A stretch of 64,000 bases of DNA from Candidatus Melainabacteria bacterium 17Bon1m (GTDB lineage: Bacteria; Cyanobacteriota; Vampirovibrionia; Obscuribacterales; Obscuribacteraceae), in assembly GCA_032128875.1 (NCBI GenBank), contig JAVLKG010000003.1:728974-792973 (forward strand), in the 5' to 3' direction. Below, piece by piece: positions 8,518 to 18,363 of this stretch. The position numbers were made by a program, and so were the translations under genes. Positions within the stretch are counted from its first letter, which is position 1, and each line of letters opens with the position of its first letter. Under the pieces are notes generated by a model. It was not told where the DNA came from, did not search any database, and saw nothing but the letters and a program-made list of their open reading frames with translations.

Positions 8518-9591
8518 ATGAGCAGGAAAATAGCAAGTCACTATGTTTTGAGCCTTTGCGGGCTGATGTTGTTTTGGGCAGGGTCGGAAGCGCAAGCTTT
8601 GCCGATGCCAAAAATGCCGTTCTTCGGGAAGAAGAAGGACGCGCCGATTATTAAAACGCCCGGTTTAGAGGACAACGACGAACATTACATTCCGCCGGGT
8701 ATGCGTTCAGACCACGATGAATCCAGCTCAAAAGCTGCTCCCGATGTAACCGAAGGTGAGGACTTAGAGCCTGAAAAGGAATCCGTCGCGCCTAAGAAGT
8801 CAACGAAGGAAGCGCCCTCCGAAGACAATGAAGTGATGTCCGAGGAAGAGCCGGCGTCGACCGGAGAAGAGCATCACGACAGTGAAGAGCGCGGACGAAG
8901 ACTGCCCGGCGAAAAGATTGATCGCTCGGTTTTGGAAGACAATAAAGAATTAGAGTTGCCGGAGCAGAGAAAAGAAGAAGCTGCTGGAGACCCGCGTAAG
9001 CATTACATCCATGCAAAAGAATTGCTGCATCAGAAGCAGTACAAAGCTTGCTTGCACGAGGTGAATAAGGCTCTGGTACTTAATCCGCATTACTGGGATG
9101 CGATGTATATCGGTTGCCTCTCCCTACAAATGCAGGAGCGCAATGAAGAAGCGATTCGCAAGTATCGACGTCTTGTGAGATTCAAACCCGACATGACTGA
9201 AGCACACGTTAATCTCGGTGTGTTGCTCAAGAAGACCGGGCAGTTGGATGAAGCCGAGAAGTCCTATAGAAAGGCGATCGAAATCAATTTCTATAAAGTC
9301 GACCCTCACTACAATCTTGCCAATCTACTGATTGAGAAAGGCGATCTCGAAGGTGCGCTTGGTGAGCTGAAAGCGTGTTTGAAGTTGGCACCGAGAAATG
9401 CCTGGGTGCATAACAATCTTGGCGTCATCTATCAGAAACGCAACTACCTGGAAGAAGCTGCAGAAGAATTCCGAAAGGCGCTTAAGCTGGAGCCGGCGAA
9501 CAGAACTTTCGAGAGCAATCTCAAATCAGTGCAATCTCTGATGAAGAAGAAGGACGTCGGTGCATACACAGCAAATCCAGTAAGCGGTTAA
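8518..9591 (+). CDS. Secreted TPR-repeat protein with acidic low-complexity linker
   Basis: Signal peptide ending ..AQA, E/D-rich linker, then repeats AHVNLGVLL, PHYNLANLL, VHNNLGVIY. Confidence 0.88.
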   Translation: MSRKIASHYVLSLCGLMLFWAGSEAQALPMPKMPFFGKKKDAPIIKTPGLEDNDEHYIPPGMRSDHDESSSKAAPDVTEGEDLEPEKESVAPKKSTKEAPSEDNEVMSEEEPASTGEEHHDSEERGRRLPGEKIDRSVLEDNKELELPEQRKEEAAGDPRKHYIHAKELLHQKQYKACLHEVNKALVLNPHYWDAMYIGCLSLQMQERNEEAIRKYRRLVRFKPDMTEAHVNLGVLLKKTGQLDEAEKSYRKAIEINFYKVDPHYNLANLLIEKGDLEGALGELKACLKLAPRNAWVHNNLGVIYQKRNYLEEAAEEFRKALKLEPANRTFESNLKSVQSLMKKKDVGAYTANPVSG

Positions 9592-9637
9592 AACCGACTT
9601 GAGCTGATGGTATTTTGGCTAATGCCTTTGGCTGATG

Positions 9638-10276
9638 CTAATTTGGAAATGCTGGCGAACTCAATACTTCCGGCGTGAAGTTGATGCTGTTAACTACGCG
9701 CGTGAGAAATCCGCGCGCACGTGACAGAGGGTGCTCTGGGAAGTGCTCGTCGTATTTGATTTCTTCGGCTAGTGTCATCTGTGTGCCTGCCACCAGATTT
9801 GGTTCATAAGGATCACGACTCCAGCCGATCGGCTTGCCTTCTGGTCCGATTGATATTTCTCCTGTCTTCAGCAATTGTTCGAGTACAACTGCTTCGCGCG
9901 TCCCTGTGGGCTCGTTTTCCGGGCACTGAAGCTTGATGACAAAACTGAAATCACGGAACGGAAAGGTCAAAGAAGCTACGTAAGCGATACCTGACGGCTG
10001 CTGAGGAAACTTGAAGATAGTGCGGGTACCGAGCAGCCCCTGAACACGCACAACGTTGACGGAGACCAAACCCCCACCGGATTGATTTACACCACGCCTA
10101 TAAGAATCGCGCAAAGTTGCTACGTCATTCAACGAGCACGGAATGTCCGGGCGGATAGGAAAGTAATGAAGGAAGAGAACCTCGCGTCTCTGGTTGTGCC
10201 AGGTCACGCAAGTTTCAGTCGCTTCAAGCTGAATCCAATCGGTAGTATCAAAACTGATCGAACGAATCGAGATCAT
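9638..10276 (-). CDS. Hypothetical protein
   Basis: 212-aa ORF co-oriented with and 13 bp downstream of the 10290..11120 gene; no family recognised. Confidence 0.75.
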   Translation of the reverse strand: MISIRSISFDTTDWIQLEATETCVTWHNQRREVLFLHYFPIRPDIPCSLNDVATLRDSYRRGVNQSGGGLVSVNVVRVQGLLGTRTIFKFPQQPSGIAYVASLTFPFRDFSFVIKLQCPENEPTGTREAVVLEQLLKTGEISIGPEGKPIGWSRDPYEPNLVAGTQMTLAEEIKYDEHFPEHPLSRARGFLTRVVNSINFTPEVLSSPAFPN

Positions 10277-10289
10277 CTAATAGGGTCGC

Positions 10290-11120
10290 TTAGTTTACCT
10301 GCAGTCCAAGATCTTGGGTGAGCAGTACTTCCAACTCTTGTCCAGGACTCAAGCTGACATTGTCACCAGAACGAAATAGCGCAATTGCAGAACTGCCGAT
10401 TAGAGTTGCTGCTGCCGGTGCGCCGAGTGTGGCGATGTTCGCTGCCATAAGAGCACCGTTGCGCGACCCATCAGGGTTGATACCGGCAACCGACTTCACA
10501 CTGCCCGATACTCTGGTACCAAAACTGGTGCCTGGATCGAGTTGACCTTTGTCGTTGCTGGTTCCTTTTTTGAATTCCAATGCCGCATCAAGTGGAATGA
10601 CTTCGCCCGTGGGAGTGACGATTTGCTCTAGCTTGAGACCAATTTTTGCGGCTCGGCTAATCAAACGTGGTTTTGCAACTTCAACGACGCGTCCACGAAC
10701 AAGGCTGCCTCTCGGAAGTAAGAGCTGTGTGCCTACAGCGAGATCGTCTTTGACATGAGCTTCGAAGATGTCGCCTGGTTTGCTCGCTTTGGCATCAACC
10801 ATGCTTTCCAGCACCAACTTGAGTCTGGTAGTGGTAGGCAACGTGGTCGATTCGGCGCCGATTTTAAGAGCAGTGCTTGGACCGTCATCGGACCCAATGC
10901 GAGTGCCTTCGGTTTGCGAATAAGAATGTTCTGCGAATTCCGGAAGATTCTTTGGCTCCATCGATTTGCCCGGACCGAATCTTGAAGGCGCAATCGCCGG
11001 AGCGTAACGCGGCTGTCTCGAATCGTTGCGGGCCGCTTCGGCAGGAGGTGCAACCTGTGTGAGTGCCACCACGCAGACAGCAGCAAGTAAAAGAGATGAT
11101 TGAGCGGAGCGTTTGAACAT
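10290..11120 (-). CDS. Secreted protein with VirB10/TrbI-like beta domain
   Basis: Signal peptide from ATG 11120; motifs LPTTTRLKLVL..SKPGDIFEAHV..LLPRGSLVRGRV and GDNVSLSPGQEL. Confidence 0.7.
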   Translation of the reverse strand: MFKRSAQSSLLLAAVCVVALTQVAPPAEAARNDSRQPRYAPAIAPSRFGPGKSMEPKNLPEFAEHSYSQTEGTRIGSDDGPSTALKIGAESTTLPTTTRLKLVLESMVDAKASKPGDIFEAHVKDDLAVGTQLLLPRGSLVRGRVVEVAKPRLISRAAKIGLKLEQIVTPTGEVIPLDAALEFKKGTSNDKGQLDPGTSFGTRVSGSVKSVAGINPDGSRNGALMAANIATLGAPAAATLIGSSAIALFRSGDNVSLSPGQELEVLLTQDLGLQVN

Positions 11121-11210
11121 ATTTGTTAGTGACCTAATAAAGTGGGCTCGGCTAACGGTTTTACCAGTTCCAAAGAAATAGACTCTAGGAGAGATTCTAC
11201 AGGTGTTCAC

Positions 11211-11972
11211 CTAAGTGCGCAAAACTTTGAGCGCTCGTTCGACTTTTTCGACATCTTCCGGCAAATCTACAGCCAATGAGCGGCTTTCGATATATGACAC
11301 TTTGATAGGAATGCCGTTTTCAAGTGCTCGCAATTGCTCGAGTGTCTCGCTCATTTCCACTGGGGTTGGCTTCATTGCGGCAATTTTCAAGAGGCAATCG
11401 CGGCTGTAAACGTAAAGCCCGACATGCCCCAGGTACTTGCGCTCTGCGAAGCTGCGCTCGTCTCTGTAAAAAGGTATAGGCAAACGTGAGAAGTACATCG
11501 CGAAATCATTCTGGTCGACCACGACTTTCACTACGTTGTGACTGAAGGCTTCTTCCTCGACTTTGATATGCCAGGCGAGCGTGCCCATCTGCAAATTTTT
11601 GTCTTTGAGAAACGGCGCCATAGCCTGTTCAACATGTTTAGGGTCGATTAGTGGTTCGTCGCCCTGAACGTTGACGATTACATCAATTTCCGGATGTTTT
11701 TCTGCGACTTCAGCCAATCGGTCAGTGCCGGTTGGATGGTCGTTGCGCGTCATCACATATTCACCGCCAAAGCGCTCGACTTCTGCCTGGATCCTCTCGT
11801 CATCGGTGGCAATGATGACTCTGTCGAGTCCGCGCACTTGCTTCACTTGCTCGTGAACCCGCTCAATCATCGATTTTCCGGCAATCTTCGCCAAGGGCTT
11901 GCCCGGAAAACGGCTTGCCTGGTACCGAGCTGGAATGATGGCTGCAATCTGGCGTTTGTCGTTTGAACTCAT
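11211..11972 (-). CDS. kdsB: 3-deoxy-manno-octulosonate cytidylyltransferase
   Basis: IIPARYQASRFPGKPL, TGTDR, VNVQGDEP, YFSR and LEQLRALENG. Confidence 0.97.
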   Translation of the reverse strand: MSSNDKRQIAAIIPARYQASRFPGKPLAKIAGKSMIERVHEQVKQVRGLDRVIIATDDERIQAEVERFGGEYVMTRNDHPTGTDRLAEVAEKHPEIDVIVNVQGDEPLIDPKHVEQAMAPFLKDKNLQMGTLAWHIKVEEEAFSHNVVKVVVDQNDFAMYFSRLPIPFYRDERSFAERKYLGHVGLYVYSRDCLLKIAAMKPTPVEMSETLEQLRALENGIPIKVSYIESRSLAVDLPEDVEKVERALKVLRT

Positions 11973-12031
11973 TTCAGATCCTTCGAATTTCACGGGCTAT
12001 TGCAATCGAGTCGCAATAGCGAATCGATAAC

Positions 12032-12184
12032 GATTGGGTTTCGGGCCGCAAGAGGTTAGCCTGGTTTGGTTCTTGCCTGCGGAAAAGCCAGTTTCTTACA
12101 TAAAGGGAGTTGTTGTATTAGCAATTGTTAATCTCCTGCTCGAGCACCTCACTCGTCTTGGATCGAACAGTGTTCAACCCAATC
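12032..12184. ncRNA. Candidate structured RNA, family unknown
   Basis: Closing helix GATTGGGTT/AACCCAATC with nested helices in a 360-bp intergenic region; folded by eye only. Confidence 0.3.
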
Positions 12185-12335
12185 CCCAGGGTGTTTCATG
12201 GGATGCTAAAGTGAGCGTTGTGTAATAAATAAACCTGACAGGCTCCTAAAATGTGTTTTTTCCCTGTCATAACGAGTGACAAGTTCCGATTATTGGGAAT
12301 CTTGAACTCATAGCACGTTTCTAGAGGTAACCTCA

Positions 12336-12869
12336 TTGAGCTGTAACTGTTGTCGCGACGAATCGGCTATCGAGCCAATTGCGCAGAAACTTTTAGGCAA
12401 GGAACAAGAGCTGATTGATGCAGCCAAAAAATTCCTCAACAAGGCCAGTGATCCATTCTCAGGTGTAATCAATTTCTTGCACGACCATCCTGAGGATTCG
12501 TCGCTGCCCGGTCTTATCGTTAATCGCGTCTTGCTGGGCGCTTTTGGCGATCCCGACAAAATTCCAGGTTTGATTCGTGTGCTTGCATCGCATGTCCATG
12601 AAATTGCTCGGAAGTCTGATGTAATCAACATCATCAATGAGCATCCTGCTGTTGAAAAATGGGGGCAATACCTGATCAAACAAAAGGAAAAAATTGCCTT
12701 CAAAGTCTCCAATGAGAAAGGCAAATTGCTTCTCAACGATATTGTCGGATTGGTTGCTGTCGAGCATGGCGTCGAGCTGCCGCTCGAAAAAATCCTGGTT
12801 AGTCCGCCCAATCTAATTGTCACAGTGAAGTTGGGTCTTCTTCGACCACAGAAGGTTGTTGAGATTTAG
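12336..12869 (+). CDS. Hypothetical protein
   Basis: 177-aa ORF with TTG start after GAGG; 2 bp from the next gene. Confidence 0.75.
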   Translation: MSCNCCRDESAIEPIAQKLLGKEQELIDAAKKFLNKASDPFSGVINFLHDHPEDSSLPGLIVNRVLLGAFGDPDKIPGLIRVLASHVHEIARKSDVINIINEHPAVEKWGQYLIKQKEKIAFKVSNEKGKLLLNDIVGLVAVEHGVELPLEKILVSPPNLIVTVKLGLLRPQKVVEI

Positions 12870-12871
12870 AC

Positions 12872-13645
12872 TTGGCAAAATCGCAACCGGCAAATATTTC
12901 GCACCGCGGCGGGCGTCATTGGGCACCTGAAAATACTCTTGTGGCCTTCAAGATGAGCCTTGACATTGGTGTGGAAGGTCTTGAACTGGATGTTCAACGT
13001 TGTGCTTCAGGCGAACTCGTTGTGATTCATGACGAGCTTGTTAATCGCACCACCAATGGTGTGGGGCTCGTTGAACAAATCACTTATGATGAGTTGAAAA
13101 GGCTGGATGCGGGAAGCTTTTGGCATGATGAGTACGAGGATGCCGGAGAAGTGAATTTCAAAGGAGAGAGAATTCCTCTTCTAAAGGACGTACTTGATTT
13201 AGTGAACGGAAGGGCATTCGTAAATGTTGAATTGAAAAACACGCCCATCGAATATCCGGGCATCGAAGACGACCTTATCGACTTGCTTTCTGACTATGAA
13301 CACTGTGACAAAATCATTGTCAGTTCGTTCGATCACCGATTGATGTATAGCCTCAAAGAGAAGGAGTCAGGCTTATCGATAGCGCTTCTCGCGGATGCTT
13401 TATTCGTCAATGTTGTGGAGCTAGCGAAGCAAATTGGTGCCGATTATTTCCACCCATGTTTTGGTTCACTTAGAAAAGAAATCGTAGAAGAAGCTCATGC
13501 AGCTGGTCTTAAGGTGAACGCTTGGACCATCAATACGGCGCGCGAATGGGCGATGGCAGTTGATTGGGAGCTGGATGGCGTCATCACGGATGCTCCACAC
13601 ATGTACAAGGCTTTCCTCGAAAAACGCAAAGCGTTTTCGACTTAA
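12872..13645 (+). CDS. Glycerophosphodiester phosphodiesterase (UgpQ/GlpQ family)
   Basis: SHRGG...PENT, ELDVQ, VIHD...RTTNG, NVELK, SSFDH, AWTIN and GVITD. Confidence 0.95.
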   Translation: MAKSQPANISHRGGRHWAPENTLVAFKMSLDIGVEGLELDVQRCASGELVVIHDELVNRTTNGVGLVEQITYDELKRLDAGSFWHDEYEDAGEVNFKGERIPLLKDVLDLVNGRAFVNVELKNTPIEYPGIEDDLIDLLSDYEHCDKIIVSSFDHRLMYSLKEKESGLSIALLADALFVNVVELAKQIGADYFHPCFGSLRKEIVEEAHAAGLKVNAWTINTAREWAMAVDWELDGVITDAPHMYKAFLEKRKAFST

Positions 13646-13749
13646 TTCACAGACCTGTTCATTTTGCACCAAATGTGGTGGCGCTGAAACTTCCTGCGGT
13701 TGAGAAATTGAGTGGCAGCCTCAGCTTCAGCACAACGCACAAAGAGTTG

Positions 13750-14178
13750 CTAACGCAACTGTTGGCGAACGATTTTGGAAACTATCGGAACTTCTGCTTC
13801 CTTGCCCATAAGCGCAAAAACAAGACCGTACAGAAGCAGCAAGGAGCCAATCTGAATAATCCAGGCGATAACGGTTGGCAGCCACATTATCGTTTGCTCT
13901 CCGCCGGGAATCAGGCCCATCAATCCGCCAACGATGTTCACAAAAATACTGGAGCTCATGTTGATGAGAAGCCCAAAAATACCGAGCAAGATCGCTTGCA
14001 GGAAGTGAAAGCGAAAGAAAGTCGTGCGCGCGTAGCGACCCTGGATCATCGTGTATATGAGCCCCGACAACCCAAGTGTCAGATAGTTGAGGCCTGCCAG
14101 AATCCGTTCCAGTCCGTCGGTATTGCTACCGCCACCGCTGCCTTTCCCCCCGAATTTGCTCGTATTGATGACGGGCAT
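13750..14178 (-). CDS. Tic20/DUF4870-like membrane protein
   Basis: ERILAGLNY..FFRFHFLQAILL..ALMGKEAEVPIVS with 3-4 hydrophobic segments. Confidence 0.75.
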   Translation of the reverse strand: MPVINTSKFGGKGSGGGSNTDGLERILAGLNYLTLGLSGLIYTMIQGRYARTTFFRFHFLQAILLGIFGLLINMSSSIFVNIVGGLMGLIPGGEQTIMWLPTVIAWIIQIGSLLLLYGLVFALMGKEAEVPIVSKIVRQQLR

Positions 14179-14409
14179 TGCTTTTCATCTCCCGGTCGAT
14201 TTCACCTACAGGGTAATTGTAACTGGAAGCCTGGCCCCCTGCACTGAGGTTAAGGATAGTGCTGGGGTGGGTTTGTTTGGTTTTGCCTGCTTTTGGCTGG
14301 ATTCTTGCTTGGCTTCTGCTGGCAGGCAGATAAATTCGTCATGTTTCCTGAAACCCGCCCCGAGCTTGTAATGGGATTGTTTTAGAGCCCAAAGGGGCAC
14401 ATTTAACTT

Positions 14410-16161
14410 ATGTCGTCAGCCAAAGATAGCTATTTGCAGCAGATTCGGCTCCTGTCCGTCCTGGATTTGGAGGAATTATCGGGCGTCGTCGCTACGATAG
14501 TCACGGAGCTGACGTGTGCAAAAGCCGTCGGTGTGGTTCTCTACGACCCTGATATGGAAGCTCTGAGCGACAGGTTCTGGTTCGGCGAGCACAAGAAGGA
14601 TTTGAGTGTCGTTGGCGAGCCGTTTTGCGAAGAGTACGAGGACACGAATGAAGACACTTTCGAGGTCAGCTTTGGCGACTTAGGCATAGAGCTTCCTGCG
14701 AGCATGTTGCCGGTCTTTTGCCATCGGGTGAAGAAAGAAGGCGAGCTGGTCGCCTGTCTGATTATTGCCTCGCCCAACAAATCACTCGAGGAGATTGCTC
14801 CCACCTTTGCAGATTTGCCTATCGCTCTGGCGTTGCATAATGCCTGGACGACTTTAGAACTGAGTCGCGAGAATGGGCGCTTACGCTCGAGCTATGAAGA
14901 GATTGAGAAGAAGACAGGCATGCTCGAAGAGCAGACTATGAAACTCATTCACGACGTGACCATTCGCGACAGCATTCGCACCAAGAATGTTGAGCGAGAA
15001 CGTCTTGTTTACTTGATCTCCAACCTTGTCCGCAGTTCAATGGACATCCAGAAGGTGCTCGACACTACTGTCGAGAAAATTGGAGAAGAGTTTGCGTTGA
15101 GCCGTTGTATTGTTCTTCGTTCGATGGATTTGAAGGGACTGGAAGTCAACGAGTTCAGAACTGAAAACGTGAATTCGGTCAAGGAGCTCTTCTTCACTGA
15201 GGCTGGTAGGGAATTTTCCCACCAGGTGCTCAGTAAGACAGCGCCACAAGACATCGGAGATCCTGATACAGACACGCAAGTCGCTTATGACCGTGAGTTT
15301 CTCAAAACGCTCGGAATTCGATCTGCTCTGATTGTTCCTCTCATCATGCGCGAGCGCGTCTTGGGTGCGCTCTTTTTGCACGACTGCAAAGAGCCTCGCG
15401 ACTGGAGTATCGACGATATTTCCACAATCGGATCGCTAGCAGACAACTTGTCTGTGGCGATTGAAAACGCCGAACTGCACCAGGAGATCGCAAGACAAGC
15501 TGTTACCGATGGCTTGACCGGTGTTGCCAATCGTCGCAGTTTCAATGAATCATTCAGCCGTGAATTTGAGCGCGCCAAACGTTATAACGAGCCGCTTTCG
15601 CTTGTAATTATCGACCTGGATTTCTTGAAGAAAATCAACGATACTTACGGTCATAAAGCTGGTGACGATGCTATCGCAAGCATTGGAAAACTGCTCAAAC
15701 AGTCGTCTCGCGTCAGTGATTTGGCTGCAAGATACGGTGGAGAAGAGTTTTGCATTCTCCTTCCGAATACCGAACAAGAAATGGCCGAGCAGCTTGCTGA
15801 AAGGATTCGACGCAAGATAAATGAGGTGCACGTCGAAGGACCCGGCACCATTTCTGCTTCAATCGGAGTTGCCAGTTATCCTGGGCACGCAGACGATCCT
15901 GACTTACTGTTCCAGAAAGCCGACACAGCGTTGTATGCGGCAAAGCAAAGCGGCAGAAATCGCGTCCACGTGGCTAGCAAGGACGACACAACACATCTTA
16001 CTCATTTCACGGATAAGATGAGCGATATCATTGAATCAGGCACGAATAGCAGTGATGCTGCGGGTAGCAGTGGAACCGGTAATGGACATTCAGATCCAAA
16101 ACCAAAGCTGCCGCCTGAAAAAAAAAGTAAAACTGACAAGAAGCTAGTTGATACTCATTAG
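14410..16161 (+). CDS. GAF-sensor diguanylate cyclase
   Basis: GAF region (GIRSALIVPL..LGALFLH..R.W..AIENAEL), TDGLTGVANRR, intact GGEEF and RxxD I-site (RVSD). Confidence 0.95.
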   Translation: MSSAKDSYLQQIRLLSVLDLEELSGVVATIVTELTCAKAVGVVLYDPDMEALSDRFWFGEHKKDLSVVGEPFCEEYEDTNEDTFEVSFGDLGIELPASMLPVFCHRVKKEGELVACLIIASPNKSLEEIAPTFADLPIALALHNAWTTLELSRENGRLRSSYEEIEKKTGMLEEQTMKLIHDVTIRDSIRTKNVERERLVYLISNLVRSSMDIQKVLDTTVEKIGEEFALSRCIVLRSMDLKGLEVNEFRTENVNSVKELFFTEAGREFSHQVLSKTAPQDIGDPDTDTQVAYDREFLKTLGIRSALIVPLIMRERVLGALFLHDCKEPRDWSIDDISTIGSLADNLSVAIENAELHQEIARQAVTDGLTGVANRRSFNESFSREFERAKRYNEPLSLVIIDLDFLKKINDTYGHKAGDDAIASIGKLLKQSSRVSDLAARYGGEEFCILLPNTEQEMAEQLAERIRRKINEVHVEGPGTISASIGVASYPGHADDPDLLFQKADTALYAAKQSGRNRVHVASKDDTTHLTHFTDKMSDIIESGTNSSDAAGSSGTGNGHSDPKPKLPPEKKSKTDKKLVDTH

Positions 16162-16427
16162 TTACAAGCAGTTGTTTACTCCGAAAAAAGTCACGCGGGA
16201 AGTTTCGAGCGCGTTTTTGTGTGGAGAAGTTTCTGTCTAGGGAAAGTCCTGAGGCAATGAAAGTTCTGGTCGGTTATAAAACAAGATATAAAGCTGAAGA
16301 AACCTATAAAGATGGTTGATCGATTGACGTTTAGGTCTATGTTGCGGGCATGAAGTCTATGATCGGTTTTGTAGGAAGTAGAAGGCAGCACTGAACAAGC
16401 CGGCAGTTTTCTAAGGAGAAGACGCAA

Positions 16428-16913
16428 ATGGGATTATTAGATGACGTTGTCCAGGGGATCGGCAAAGAAGTCAGCCGCGTACAGGCGCGCGGTCAGGAAA
16501 TGATGCAGAGCTTCAACTTACAGAATCAAATCCGTGAGTTGGAGAAAAAGAAAACAGGCAAACTTCTGGAGATCGGTCGGCTCGTCACAGATAAGTATGT
16601 AAAGGGCGAAGACGTTGCTGAGGATGTGCTCAAAGACAAGGCGAACGAAGTCGCCGGCTATGAGAGCGAAATGCAAATCTTGCAAGCCGAGATGGACAGT
16701 CTCAAGGTTGACACTGAAGTGCCGACATCTAAGAAATCAGAGAAGGGCGCAGGGTTTCATGCATCGCCCGGCTACGAATGTCCCAACTGCCACGCTCCGG
16801 CTGCGCGCGACAAAGCGTTTTGTCCAAGCTGTGGTGAGTCGATGAAGAAGGCCAGCTCGTCGTCCTCGTCGAGCGATGATGATGTCGTTGATGTAGAGCC
16901 TAACGGCAACTAG
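16428..16913 (+). CDS. Coiled-coil protein with C-terminal zinc ribbon
   Basis: Strong RBS; helical N-terminus; CPNC...FCPSCG. Confidence 0.85.
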   Translation: MGLLDDVVQGIGKEVSRVQARGQEMMQSFNLQNQIRELEKKKTGKLLEIGRLVTDKYVKGEDVAEDVLKDKANEVAGYESEMQILQAEMDSLKVDTEVPTSKKSEKGAGFHASPGYECPNCHAPAARDKAFCPSCGESMKKASSSSSSSDDDVVDVEPNGN

Positions 16914-16932
16914 GTCAGACAATTCGACTTAG

Positions 16933-17128
16933 CCTGGGGGCGTGTTGCACACGCCCTTTTTGCTGCTCGCATACTTTTGGGTTTAGCGTGGGGGCGCGTT
17001 GCACGTGCCCTTTTGGCTATAGCATATTTTCGTGTAAGAACGTAATTGTAGAGCTTACCCACAATTGAGTTTGAGCTAGTCACATTAGTCTCACTAAAAA
17101 ATGAGGGCGCATGCAATGCGCCCCCACG
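16933..17128. repeat. Cluster of three REP-like palindromes, family A (BIME-like)
   Basis: Direct copies at 16933-16958 and 16987-17012 (54 bp apart) and an inverted copy at 17103-17128; consensus CGTGGGGGCGCRTTGCAYGCGCCCT. Confidence 0.8.
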
Positions 17129-17160
17129 AATTTCCTAAATAGCTCAAGCTTTCTAAAGCT

Positions 17161-18090
17161 CTACACGCGGGAATTTTTGCCGCAGTCCGGACAGAAGAAG
17201 AATGAGGGGCTGATCTTAGAACCGCAGTGCGGGCACGGACGCAGACCTAATCCAGGTTCTTCAGTCGGATAGCGTCCTGCAAGAATTTCTTTGTACTGCT
17301 TGCTTTCCGACCAGAGTTTTATTTCTTTGGCGCGGTAGACCGGCACTGGGTGCGTTAACCACAGCTCGTTGAATAGTTTGAATACTTTGTTGAGCGTGCT
17401 GTAGTCGAGTTCTTCATACGAGTCGGCCTGTTTTAAAAACTCTTTTGGATCTATTTGATCGTAAATGCACTTCGAGCCTGCCGACAGTTTCATATGTACG
17501 TGCAAGCAAACATTGACGTCTTGGGTGACTAGAAGCTCGGCGCGGTCTGCTGACATTTCAGCTTTGCGGAACCAGTCATACAAGGCAACGGCAACGCCTG
17601 CTGACGCAATTCTCGCCATACCCATTGTCTTGGCCAGTTCGTAAAGAAGCACAGCGATACTGCGATAGAGCACGTGTCCGCACTTTACGTGTCCGAGTTC
17701 GTGCCCAAGAACACCCATCAACTCTTCTTCGGTGAGAAGGTCCACCAAAGCGGAGTGGATAGCGATGAAGGGACGCTCGGCGCCGAAAGTAAAAGCATTG
17801 ACGTACGGGCTGGAGACGAGAAACAGGTCCGGTTCATGAACATCGAGAATGTCACAGGCTTCGCGGAACATTGCGTAAATCTTGGGACACTGTTTTGGCG
17901 TTACGTGAACAGCCTGACCGATCATCTGAATACGGAAGATTTTCTCAAATCCAAGTTCAAAGAACTTGCGCAGAACCACGTCCAGGATTGGAATCTTCTT
18001 GAGGGCATCCAGCGCTGCTTTGTCGGCGGGATGCTCAAAAGCCCCCGATGTGAGGCGCGGAAACTTCTTTTTAGATGTAGCGGTAGTCAT
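17161..18090 (-). CDS. M48 family zinc metallopeptidase with C-terminal zinc ribbon
   Basis: NAFTFG, HELGH, EMSADRA, THP and CPHC..FCPDCG. Confidence 0.92.
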   Translation of the reverse strand: MTTATSKKKFPRLTSGAFEHPADKAALDALKKIPILDVVLRKFFELGFEKIFRIQMIGQAVHVTPKQCPKIYAMFREACDILDVHEPDLFLVSSPYVNAFTFGAERPFIAIHSALVDLLTEEELMGVLGHELGHVKCGHVLYRSIAVLLYELAKTMGMARIASAGVAVALYDWFRKAEMSADRAELLVTQDVNVCLHVHMKLSAGSKCIYDQIDPKEFLKQADSYEELDYSTLNKVFKLFNELWLTHPVPVYRAKEIKLWSESKQYKEILAGRYPTEEPGLGLRPCPHCGSKISPSFFFCPDCGKNSRV

Positions 18091-18363
18091 TTAGCCTCCA
18101 GTGGCTTTATAGCTTGACCGGTCGTACGGCTGGCTTGGTATCCGTTTCATTCTCCCTTGCGGGTCGGCGCGGAATTAGTTGCCGTCTTCACTTAATACAG
18201 TGTTCTAACCCGTTTTTACCCGAAAAAGATCGCCTTGGAGCGAGCCTAAGATAAATACATGGTGAAATCGCAAAACTTCAGTCTTTACCCGAGAGAGCGC
18301 CTGGGGATGAGGCAAATGTTTTTCGCGGCATTAAGACGTTATATTCGAAACGGCTAAAAAGCC

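Noticed and set aside
12095-12130. tmRNA tag-like frame (ANTTTPFM*) on the minus strand
   Set aside because: No C-terminal AA-type tag ending and no tRNA-like acceptor or T-arm ends were found.
16240-16249. GGGAAAGTCC resembling the RNase P RNA P4 motif
   Set aside because: The matching 3' motif (ACAGAA...GCTTA-type) and closing helix are missing, and the space is too short.
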